Part shown: piece by piece, positions 10,615 through 19,159 of the stretch | Layout: each line of letters opens with the position of its first letter | Numbering within the stretch: the stretch's first letter is position 1 | Assembly (NCBI GenBank): GCA_038207335.1 | Contig: JBBQZX010000031.1 | Location: 9,507-73,506 of the forward strand | Length of the DNA: 64,000 nt | Direction: 5' to 3' | DNA from: Chthoniobacterales bacterium | Lineage (GTDB): Bacteria > Verrucomicrobiota > Verrucomicrobiia > Chthoniobacterales > Chthoniobacteraceae | Translations under genes and position numbers: made by a program | Notes under the pieces: generated by a model | Told to the model about the DNA's origin: nothing | The model's database searches: none | What the model saw: only the letters and a program-made list of their open reading frames with translations

Positions 10615-11472
10615 ATGATCTGGAAAACTCGCACGCGCACCCTCGACCTCTCGCGGCGCGGGCTCGTGATGGGCGTGCTGAATGTGACGCCGGATTCCTT
10701 TTCCGACGGCGGACGCTGGGTCGATGTCGAGGCCGCGGTCGCACACGGGATCGCGATGGCGGAGGCCGGTGCGGAGATCATCGACGTCGGCGGCGAATCC
10801 ACGCGCCCGGGCGCGGAGCCGGTCGGGGCGGAGGAGGAGACGCGGCGCGTGGAGGAGGTCGTGAGGAGGCTGAAGACGGTTTTTACGTGGACGAAATGCG
10901 GGGAAAAAGCGCCCGTAATCTCCATCGACACGATGAAGCCGAATGTCGCACAGGCGGCGGTGAAGGCGGGCGCGGAGATCATCAATGACGTGAGCGGGCT
11001 CCGCAGCGTGGAGATGCGCGATGTCGTGCGTGAGACGGGCACGGGCGTGATCGCGATGCACATGCAGGGGACGCCGCGCGAGATGCAGACCGCTCCGCAT
11101 TACGACGACGTTTGCGGCGAAATTCGGGATTATTTTCGACAAGTTTTTGACCAGTGCCTAGGCTGCGGCATCAACACGACCCGCATCGCTTTTGACCCCG
11201 GGATTGGCTTCGGAAAAACCGTGGCGCACAATCTCGCCATCCTGCGCGGCCTTGATTCCATGCGGGTCGGCGGGCGACCGCTCGTGCTCGGCGTGTCACG
11301 CAAATCGTTTCTGGGGAAGATCATCGGGTCGGAGAAAACCGAGGACAGCGAGTGGCCGACAGTCGCGCTCACGGCCTACGGCCGCAGCCACGGCGCGAAT
11401 GTCGTGCGCGTGCATGACGTGCGGCCCAACGTGGAGGCGCTTCGAATGATCGAGGCGATTTTGGAGCCGTGA
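10615..11472 (+). CDS. folP: Dihydropteroate synthase
   Basis: MGVLNVTPDSFSDGG, DVGGESTRPG, ISIDT, DPGIGFGK, GVSRKSF, RVHDV. Confidence 0.96.
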   Translation: MIWKTRTRTLDLSRRGLVMGVLNVTPDSFSDGGRWVDVEAAVAHGIAMAEAGAEIIDVGGESTRPGAEPVGAEEETRRVEEVVRRLKTVFTWTKCGEKAPVISIDTMKPNVAQAAVKAGAEIINDVSGLRSVEMRDVVRETGTGVIAMHMQGTPREMQTAPHYDDVCGEIRDYFRQVFDQCLGCGINTTRIAFDPGIGFGKTVAHNLAILRGLDSMRVGGRPLVLGVSRKSFLGKIIGSEKTEDSEWPTVALTAYGRSHGANVVRVHDVRPNVEALRMIEAILEP

Positions 11473-12347
11473 ATTTGGGCTCATTCATTGGCCGGCATTG
11501 GCGCGATCTCGTCGAAATCGGCATTCTGTGGGCGGCGATTTACAACGCTTGGATTTTCTTCCGCGGCACGCGCGGAGCCAAAGTGCTGACAGGGCTCGCG
11601 GTCATCCTGCTCGCAATCGTGCTGTGCTCAGAAATCTTCGAGCTGCCCGAGATTAGCTGGCTCTTTCGCAATCTCGTCACCGTGCTCGCATTCGCGCTCG
11701 TCGTGATCTTCCAGCCCGAGCTGCGACGCGCGCTGGCGGCGCTCGGGAGCAGCCGATTTTTCGCGACCGTCACTCAGCGCCGCGAGACCGTGGAGGCGCT
11801 GACGGAGACGACTTTCGAGCTCGCGAATCGCCAACTCGGTGCGCTCATCGCGATCGAGCGCGACACGAATATCGACAACTTCGCGGAAACCGGCACGCCG
11901 CTCGATTGCGAGCTTTCGCCCGATCTCGTCGTCAGCATTTTTTTCCCAAAAACCCCGCTGCACGACGGCGCGCTGGTGATCCGAAACGACCGCATTGTCT
12001 CCGCCGCCTGCGTGCTGCCGGTCTCCCAGCGCGTCGATCTCGACCGCACGCTCGGCACGCGGCATCGCGCGGCGCTCGGACTCACGGAGGAGTCGGATGC
12101 AGCGGTGATCGTCGTGAGCGAAGAGACCGGGATCGTGTCGATTTGCCACCGCGGACAGATCGAGCGGAACTTCGATCCGGCGAGCTTCAAGCAGCGGATC
12201 GGCGAACTCCTTTTACTCCAAAAAGATGAAGACCCTGAAACGAATCGTCCTGCATCACTGGGTCGCGAAGCTCGCGGCTCTGGCCCTGGCCATCACGCTG
12301 TGGGCCGCGATCCGCAAGAGCATCCGCACGACCGAATTGCCTTCTAG
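11469..12347 (+). CDS. cdaA: Diadenylate cyclase CdaA
   Basis: Three N-terminal TM helices, IFQPELRRAL, TPLHDGA, GTRHRAALG, VVSEETG; GTGA overlap with folP. Confidence 0.93.
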   Translation: MNLGSFIGRHWRDLVEIGILWAAIYNAWIFFRGTRGAKVLTGLAVILLAIVLCSEIFELPEISWLFRNLVTVLAFALVVIFQPELRRALAALGSSRFFATVTQRRETVEALTETTFELANRQLGALIAIERDTNIDNFAETGTPLDCELSPDLVVSIFFPKTPLHDGALVIRNDRIVSAACVLPVSQRVDLDRTLGTRHRAALGLTEESDAAVIVVSEETGIVSICHRGQIERNFDPASFKQRIGELLLLQKDEDPETNRPASLGREARGSGPGHHAVGRDPQEHPHDRIAF

Positions 12348-12411
12348 GTTCCAGTTCGACGCAGGCGAAAAATTCCAGTTTGAATCGCGCGGATATGCCC
12401 CAACCAAGTAA
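12226..12411 (+). CDS. Small membrane protein resembling the CdaR (YbbR) N-terminal anchor only
   Basis: MKTLKRIVLHHWVAKLAALALAITLWAAI resembles the N.W..K..SL.LA..LW start of CdaR; sits in the cdaR position between cdaA and glmM; no YbbR domains. Confidence 0.65.
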   Translation: MKTLKRIVLHHWVAKLAALALAITLWAAIRKSIRTTELPSRFQFDAGEKFQFESRGYAPTK

Positions 12412-13801
12412 GTCCGGCTCCGAGCCGCCACGCAAAATCTTCGGCACAGATGGTGTCCGCGGCGTTGCAAATATCGAGCCCGTAACCGCCGAGACTGCGC
12501 TGAAACTCGGCCGCGCAGCGGCGCACGTCTTGATGGAAATGAGCGCGAAAGCCGGCCGCACCGGTGGACGCGCAAAGATCGTAATCGGCAAAGACACGCG
12601 CCTCTCGGGCTACATGCTCGAGAATGCGCTCGCCGCCGGAGTGATGTCGCTTGGGGCCGATGTGCTCTTGATCGGGCCGCTGCCGACGCCCGGCGTGGCC
12701 TACATCACGCGCTCGCTGCGCGCCGACGCCGGCATCGTACTCAGCGCCTCTCACAACCCGTATGAAGACAACGGGATCAAATTTTTCCGCCACGACGGAT
12801 ACAAGCTCGACGACGAAATCGAGCAGCGAATCGAGTCCCTCGTATTCAGCGGCGACATCGAATCAATCCGCCCGACTGAGGGAAAAATCGGACGCGCCAC
12901 GCGCATCGACGACGCCCTCGGGCGCTACGTGGAATTTGCGAAAGCGAGCTTTCCTCGTGGCATGACGCTTGAGCACATGCGGGTCGCGATCGATGTCGGA
13001 CACGGTGCGGCTTACAAGTCGTCGCCGTGCATTTTGCGCGAACTCGGTGCCGATGTGACGGTCTGCAACAACGAGCCGACAGGCCGCAATATCAACCTCA
13101 ACTGCGGCAGCACGCACCCCGAAGAGATCCAGCGGATCGTGAAGGAATCGGACGCTCAGGTCGGCATCAGTCACGACGGCGATGCCGATCGTGTCTTGCT
13201 CTGCGATGAGAATGGGGAGCTCGTCGATGGGGATGAGATCATGGCGATCGCGGCGCTGGATTGGATCAAAAGCGGGCGGCTCCGGCAGAACACTCTCGTC
13301 TCGACGATCATGAGCAACTTCGGCCTCGACGAAACTTTGACGAAAGGCGGCGGGCGCGTGATTCGGACGAAAGTCGGCGACCGGTACGTGATCGAGGCAA
13401 TGATGAAGGGCGACCTAAATGTCGGCGGCGAGCAAAGCGGGCACATGATTTTCCGCGACTTCACGACGACCGGCGACGGGATCATCAGTGCGTTGCAAAT
13501 CCTGCGGATCATGGTCGAAACCGGAAAGCCGCTCAGCGAGCTGAAGCGCTGCCTTTCCAAATATCCGCAAGCCCAGCGCAACCTCCGCGTCCGCGAAAAG
13601 CGGGCACTGGAACAACTCCCCGAAGTGCTGAAGCTCGTGCAGGAAACCGAGCGCGAACTCGACGGCGCGGGCCGCGTGCTGCTGCGCTACTCCGGCACCG
13701 AGCCAAAAATCCGCCTGCTCATCGAAGGCCGTGACGGCGACCGAATCAACGCGCAAGCCGACCGCATCGCCGGGCTGATCGCCGAGACGATCGGGGAGTG
13801 A
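12395..13801 (+). CDS. glmM: Phosphoglucosamine mutase
   Basis: FGTDGVRG, GKDTRLSGYM, SASHNP, DGDADR, GGEQSGH, RYSGTEP. Confidence 0.96.
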   Translation: MPQPSKSGSEPPRKIFGTDGVRGVANIEPVTAETALKLGRAAAHVLMEMSAKAGRTGGRAKIVIGKDTRLSGYMLENALAAGVMSLGADVLLIGPLPTPGVAYITRSLRADAGIVLSASHNPYEDNGIKFFRHDGYKLDDEIEQRIESLVFSGDIESIRPTEGKIGRATRIDDALGRYVEFAKASFPRGMTLEHMRVAIDVGHGAAYKSSPCILRELGADVTVCNNEPTGRNINLNCGSTHPEEIQRIVKESDAQVGISHDGDADRVLLCDENGELVDGDEIMAIAALDWIKSGRLRQNTLVSTIMSNFGLDETLTKGGGRVIRTKVGDRYVIEAMMKGDLNVGGEQSGHMIFRDFTTTGDGIISALQILRIMVETGKPLSELKRCLSKYPQAQRNLRVREKRALEQLPEVLKLVQETERELDGAGRVLLRYSGTEPKIRLLIEGRDGDRINAQADRIAGLIAETIGE

Positions 13802-14439
13802 AAAGCCTCTTCCTCACCGGCACCGACACCGATGTCGGCAAGACCTACGTGGCAGCGCTCATCTTGCGCGCGCTGCGCGCGGAGGGGATCGATGCCGTCG
13901 GAATGAAGCCAATTTGCTGCGGCGATCGCACCGATGCACTGCTGCTCCACACCGCTTCCGACGGCTGCGCGGAACTCAACGACATCAACCCCGTCTGGCT
14001 GCGAACGCCCGCTGCGCCTTACACGGCGGCGATGATCGAAAATCGCGCGATTGATCTGGCGCTCATCCGCGAGACGTTTGCGAAGCTCCGCGAGGCGCAT
14101 GAATGCGTGATCGTCGAGGGCGTCGGCGGCTGGCGCGTGCCGATCACGGACGCGTATTTTCTGAGCGACCTCGCGGCGGAATTCGCGCTCCCCGTCGCCG
14201 TCGTCGTCGCGAATCGCCTAGGCGCGATCAACCACGCGCTGCTCACCGTCGAGTCGATCCGAGCCAGCGGCCAGAACTGCGCCGGCGTGATTTTCAACGA
14301 ACTCCCCGGCACCGAACCCGGCATCCCCACGACCACGAACCGCTCGGTGCTCGAATCCCTTTTGGCGGTGCCGATACTGTTCGATGTGGGCTGCAACGAA
14401 CAGGTATCCGCCTCCATCGTGTCGAGGCTGCGCGTCTGA
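13798..14439 (+). CDS. bioD: Dethiobiotin synthase
   Basis: FLTGTDTDVGKT, MKPICCG, VEGVGG, LGAINHALLT. Confidence 0.93.
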   Translation: MKSLFLTGTDTDVGKTYVAALILRALRAEGIDAVGMKPICCGDRTDALLLHTASDGCAELNDINPVWLRTPAAPYTAAMIENRAIDLALIRETFAKLREAHECVIVEGVGGWRVPITDAYFLSDLAAEFALPVAVVVANRLGAINHALLTVESIRASGQNCAGVIFNELPGTEPGIPTTTNRSVLESLLAVPILFDVGCNEQVSASIVSRLRV

Positions 14440-14513
14440 CATCGCTACACTTGTGTCATGAATTCGGTCGCTCTAAAGCACTTCCCGCTGACCGGTTCTC
14501 TGTAAAATCGCAC

Positions 14514-14529
14514 TGGCATCGGCGTTGCT
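14514..14529 (+). promoter_or_regulatory. Putative sigma-54 (-24/-12) promoter
   Basis: TGGCAT-CGGCG-TTGCT, exact GG-N10-GC spacing, 17 nt upstream of ATG 14547. Confidence 0.7.
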
Positions 14530-14546
14530 CCCATCTGCGGCACGCC

Positions 14547-15029
14547 ATGCTCATCCAAAAGACTTTCCACGTCCGCGACGGACTCGACCGCACAAAAGCC
14601 CGCCTCCGCGATTTTCCCAGCTACCGGCGCTCGCTCGAAATCGTCGATGTGTCCTCGCTCCTCGGCTGCCAGCCGCTCCGCTTCGCCTTCGTCTCCGGCA
14701 ACGGCTTCCGCGCCAATGTGGAACTCGAAACGCTGGACTCCGAGAACCCCAACCAAACCCTTTTCCGCTCCACCGGCGGCAACATGAGCGTCGCCGGACT
14801 CGTCGAGTTCATCGCCATCCGCGACGACCTGACCGAAGTTCAGCTCACGATCGACTACTCCGTGACTTCGCCAATCCACAGCGTCCTCGACGCCGTCACC
14901 GGCACCATCGACCGCTTTGTCACGCGCCAGCTCCGCCGCCTGCAGGCGACGCTCGCCGGCGCCCCGCACGAGCCGGCAGCAAGCGGCCGGAGCGATGCCA
15001 CTTTCAGACAGCCACAGCTCGCGCGCTGA
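14547..15029 (+). CDS. SRPBCC/START-like ligand-binding protein
   Basis: 160 aa; FRSTGGNMSVAGLVEF...TEVQLTIDY followed by C-terminal helix, pattern typical of polyketide cyclase/SRPBCC fold. Confidence 0.6.
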   Translation: MLIQKTFHVRDGLDRTKARLRDFPSYRRSLEIVDVSSLLGCQPLRFAFVSGNGFRANVELETLDSENPNQTLFRSTGGNMSVAGLVEFIAIRDDLTEVQLTIDYSVTSPIHSVLDAVTGTIDRFVTRQLRRLQATLAGAPHEPAASGRSDATFRQPQLAR

Positions 15030-15046
15030 GCGGACACTTTCGGGGG

Positions 15047-15088
15047 AAAAGCGGGCGGCTCGTGCCCCAACCGCGGGCATGAGCCGCC
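15047..15088 (-). terminator. Intrinsic terminator downstream of tRNA-Pro (possibly bidirectional)
   Basis: GGCGGCTCGTGCCC-N7-GGGCATGAGCCGCC 14-bp stem between convergent genes; short T run on minus strand. Confidence 0.6.
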
Positions 15089-15110
15089 TCAGCTATTCCA
15101 AAAGGTGAAG

Positions 15111-15187
<77 letters not shown>

Positions 15188-15293
15188 AGACTGCAGCGGA
15201 CGGTGACTATGGCGCGGACCGGTTTCTCCGCAAGGTTTTCCCGCACTCTTTTCTGCTCACTTCGCGCCCGCGGACAGCGATACGCTCGCCGTC

Positions 15294-16703
15294 ATGCGTG
15301 TGAAAATCCTCCCTCTCGTGCTCCTCTGCATCGGCGTGTGCGCTCCGGCTTTTGCCGCGCAGCGGCTGAAGGTCAGCGACAACAAGCACTTCATCGTCCG
15401 CGACGACGGCTCGCCCTTCTTCTACCTCGGCGACACCGCATGGGAGCTCTTCCACCGCCTGAGCCGTGAAGACGCCGAGACGTATCTGAAAGACCGCGCC
15501 GCCAAGGCCTTCACCATCATCCAGTGCGTCGCGCTGGCGGAGGAAGACGGGCTGCACATTCCCAATGCCTACGGTTTCACCCCGCTCATCGGCGACGACC
15601 CGACGACGCCCGACGTCAAGGCCGGCCCGCAGAACGACTACTGGGACCACGTCGATTTCATCGTGGAAAAGGCCAACTCCCTCGGGCTCACGGTCGGTTT
15701 CCTCCCGACTTGGGGCGACAAGTGGAACAAGAAGTGGGGCGTCGGCCCCGAGATTTTCACCCCGGAAAATGCCGCCATCTACGGCGAATGGCTCGGCCGG
15801 CGGTATCGCGAAAAAGACCTCATCTGGATTCTCGGCGGCGACCGCCCCATCGAAAACGATCGGCATCTCGAAATCCTCCGCGCCATGGCGCGCGGATTGA
15901 AAAAGGGCGACGGCGGCGCCCACCTCATCACCCTCCATCCCAGCGGCGGCAGCGGCTCCGCCGACAAGCTCCACGGCGAAGACTGGCTTGACTTCAACAT
16001 GCGCCAGAACGGCCACGTCGCCGAATACGCCCGCTACGCCCTCACCCACACCGACTACCTCCGCACCCCCACCAAGCCCGTCCTCGATGCCGAGCCCATC
16101 TACGAAGACCACCCCATCTCCTTCAAGGCCGCCGACTTCGGCCACTCCGTCGCCGCCGATGTCCGCCGCCCCCTCTACTGGGACCTCTTCGGCGGCGCGT
16201 GCGGCCACACCTACGGGCACCACTCCATTTGGCAATTCGCCGCCCCCGGCCGCAAGCCCGTCAACAACCCCCTTCTCCCCTGGCCCGACGCCCTCCAGCA
16301 GCCCGGCGCCGCGCAGATGCAGCTCGGCCGCCACCTCATCGAATCCCGCCCCATCCTCACCCGCATCCCAGACGACACCCTCATCGTCACCGCCGCAGTC
16401 CCCACCGCCGTCCCCGGCGCCGGCCGCTATCGCTACACCGCCACGCGCGACGCCGCCGGCACATTCGCCATGATCTACGTCCCCTGCGGGCGCCCCTTCG
16501 CCATCCACATGGATAAAATCACAGGCGCGAAAATCACAGCCACCTGGTTCGACCCGCGCACCGGAAAAACCGAACCCATCGGCACCTTCCCCAACACCGG
16601 CGAGCGCACCTTCACCCCGCCCGCCCCCGGCGAAGACCTCGACTGGGTCCTCGTCCTCGACGACGCCGCAAAAAACTACCCCCCGCCCGGCCAGCCCCAC
16701 TGA
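15294..16703 (+). CDS. Exported glycoside hydrolase, GH140/DUF4038 (apiosidase-like) with C-terminal collagen-binding-like domain
   Basis: Signal peptide; [69 protein letters not shown]. Confidence 0.85.
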   Translation: MRVKILPLVLLCIGVCAPAFAAQRLKVSDNKHFIVRDDGSPFFYLGDTAWELFHRLSREDAETYLKDRAAKAFTIIQCVALAEEDGLHIPNAYGFTPLIGDDPTTPDVKAGPQNDYWDHVDFIVEKANSLGLTVGFLPTWGDKWNKKWGVGPEIFTPENAAIYGEWLGRRYREKDLIWILGGDRPIENDRHLEILRAMARGLKKGDGGAHLITLHPSGGSGSADKLHGEDWLDFNMRQNGHVAEYARYALTHTDYLRTPTKPVLDAEPIYEDHPISFKAADFGHSVAADVRRPLYWDLFGGACGHTYGHHSIWQFAAPGRKPVNNPLLPWPDALQQPGAAQMQLGRHLIESRPILTRIPDDTLIVTAAVPTAVPGAGRYRYTATRDAAGTFAMIYVPCGRPFAIHMDKITGAKITATWFDPRTGKTEPIGTFPNTGERTFTPPAPGEDLDWVLVLDDAAKNYPPPGQPH

Positions 16704-16717
16704 CCCGCGACTTTTCC

Positions 16718-17427
16718 ATGAAAAACAACCTCCTCATCGCCTCCGCTGCCCTCCTCCTCGCCGCGGCCGGCTAGGCTCGTCGGCGCCCGCCTGCACGCAC
16801 GCCCCACGACACGACCGGCAGCGACGCGTCCGCTTCACAAAAAGCGCCCACCTCGGGAAATAGCGCGAACATTCAAGCCGAACCAAAGCCCGTCCCCAGC
16901 GACGTCATCGAGAAAGCCGCGCCCATGCCAGCGCCGTTTTCGCTTCGACCTCGAGCGGGACGGAGGCCGCTCTCGCGCTTTTCGAGTCCATTCGCGATTT
17001 CTCCTGCGGAGAAAAAGCCGGCATCCTCGAAAAAATCGCAACCCCCTGGATCGCCCGCGACGCCCCCGCCCCCATGGCTTCGGCCGATGCCCTCCCGCCC
17101 GGCCCAGTCCGCGAATCCGCCCTCGGCGAATTCGCCGCCGCATGGACCGAGCACGACGACTCCCAAATCCAGGCCGCCCTCGCCCGCCTCCCCCAGGACG
17201 CTGGAAAATCAGCCGCCGTCGAAGGCTTCGCCCGCGCCATCTTCGACACCGACCCCGACGCATCCCTCCGCACCCTCCGCGCCTTCCCCGGCGAAGCCAA
17301 CCGCATCGCCCGCCTCACCCGAGTCTACTCCCACTGGGAGCAGTCCAACTCCGCCAGCGCCCGCGACTGGCTCACAAACGTCCCCCTCACCCCCGCCGAG
17401 CGCACCGCACTGCAGCAGCAGCCGTGA
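16718..17427 (+). pseudogene. Disrupted exported alpha-helical repeat protein
   Basis: MKNNLLIASAALLLAAAG then TAG at 16772; the C-terminal helical repeats (W...D..., DPDASL, A.DWL) lie in another frame that has its own stop at 16861. Confidence 0.55.
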
Positions 17428-17547
17428 CTCCGACGACAGGACTTTCTCGAAAACTCAAGCCTTCGAGTACCGCACCCGCCCCGCGTGCCGGTCGAGCCGT
17501 CCCGAGTGGGCGGACTTTTTGAGGTGTGAAACGACGGACAGACATCA

Positions 17548-18915
17548 TCACTGCATCGGCCCGATGCTCAACCACCCGGGAGCATCGCGATCTTGCTCGG
17601 CGTTGGCGAAGCGGATGCTTTTGCCGCCCGGCATGGGATTGATGACCCGCAGGGCGAGCATCAGTGGAGCGCGGCCCAGCTTCGCCACATCGAGGGTGGC
17701 GATCCATTCACGAGGGGCATCGCCGGGAAGCAGACCCGTGATTTTCCAATCCACTGGCCAGCTCTGCGCGATGTGTCCCTCAGCATCCAAGGCGGCGACT
17801 TCGAGACGCCAGTCGCGGTAAAACGGAGCGACCCCTTGATTGATCACGTTCACAGTGAGCTTCACCCGCCCTCCCTCCTGAGTGATCGTGGCGGCGGGCA
17901 CATGGAAATCGTAACCCATGCGGCGCACCTGCTCGGCAGCCCGGCGATAGCGTTCGGCATCGGCCCTCTTTTTGAAAAGACCGCTCTCCAGCAGCCAGGA
18001 AACATGAGTTTGCTCCACGCAGGTGAGGAAGTCCTGAGCCTTCGGGTGCTCTGGCTTGGCGTCGTGAATCTGGCCCCAGACCTCGGGTCGCACCTCGCCG
18101 CCGATGGGTTGCGTGCGCCATTTGTTCAAGGCGCCTTCGCCGGCTACCTTTAGCATCCGCATGTAGAACCAACCGCTGCTCTCTTCACCCAGGTCCAGCG
18201 TCCCCCATGCGAAGGAATCATCATGATAGCCAAAGGGCAGATTCGCATTTGCCGCGAAGTGACCTTCGCCCGCCGGATAACGCAGCAGCACGGGCGTACG
18301 TTTCAGCGCCTTCTCATAGGCAGCAAGCACGCGCCCCTGAGTCTGGACAGAGGCAAATAAATCCGCGCGCGGCCAAGTGTGCCACTCCCCCCAAGAGCCA
18401 AGCAGCCCGGCAGTGATGTAAGCGATGCGCGGATCGCCATCGTAGCGCTTCCCAAGCGCGGCGATAAAGCTCTCCAGCGCCTGCACGAATCGCTCATCCG
18501 AGTAGTCGGGACTGTAACACACATCGGCGGGTGATTTCTCGGTGCCGTTCGTCCACTCAGTGACTTTCACCCCCTGATCGCGCAGAAACTTCGGCAAGCC
18601 GGATTTCTGCCCCGGATACTCCACCCATACACGGAAGATGGCTTGGTTCCCCCGCGATGCGATATCACCGAGCAGCGCCTCCAAAGGTTGCCAATTAAAT
18701 GACTCCGCGCCGAGCATGAGGTCTGACAGCGGAATATATTGGAACTCCATGCTGTGAGGGAAGGCATCTCCCGCCATGTTGGAGAAAGGAACGAGCCCCT
18801 TGAGCGGATTGTCCGCAGGGGATGGTGCAGACGTCAGCCTCGGAAGGTCGGCGCGAATCTCTGGAGTCGTCATCAGCGCGATGACCCAGATGACGATAAG
18901 TCTAAAGGCAACCAT
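17548..18915 (-). CDS. Exported DUF4832-type putative glycoside hydrolase
   Basis: Signal peptide; DNPLKG, RYDGDPRI, GLLGSWGEWH, GYHDDSF, PIGGEVRPE, MGY.F, N.GVAPFY. Confidence 0.75.
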   Translation of the reverse strand: MVAFRLIVIWVIALMTTPEIRADLPRLTSAPSPADNPLKGLVPFSNMAGDAFPHSMEFQYIPLSDLMLGAESFNWQPLEALLGDIASRGNQAIFRVWVEYPGQKSGLPKFLRDQGVKVTEWTNGTEKSPADVCYSPDYSDERFVQALESFIAALGKRYDGDPRIAYITAGLLGSWGEWHTWPRADLFASVQTQGRVLAAYEKALKRTPVLLRYPAGEGHFAANANLPFGYHDDSFAWGTLDLGEESSGWFYMRMLKVAGEGALNKWRTQPIGGEVRPEVWGQIHDAKPEHPKAQDFLTCVEQTHVSWLLESGLFKKRADAERYRRAAEQVRRMGYDFHVPAATITQEGGRVKLTVNVINQGVAPFYRDWRLEVAALDAEGHIAQSWPVDWKITGLLPGDAPREWIATLDVAKLGRAPLMLALRVINPMPGGKSIRFANAEQDRDAPGWLSIGPMQ

Positions 18916-19159
18916 TATGCCGTCATGCCGAGTGGATCATCTGTGTTCGATGTAGCTTTGGGCGAGCACTTCTCCCAATCGCACAATCCCCGCCGTGGTG
19001 ATGACTAGTTTCTCTTACTGCGGAGGTAGATCAAAGACTTTAAAGATTCGATCGGCATGGCGCCACACGCTGCGTTTTAGGATGACGAGAAGGAGCATCC
19101 TAAAGAGGTGGACAGTGAGTTCAAAAAAAACCTGGCGAAAACAGGAAGTCTTGGCGGCC

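Noticed and set aside
10382..10744. Long N-terminal extensions given by the ORF track for the PEP-CTERM, ppk1, GH16, esterase and sucA genes
   Set aside because: They overlap neighbouring genes or promoters and precede obvious signal peptides or conserved starts; downstream starts were used
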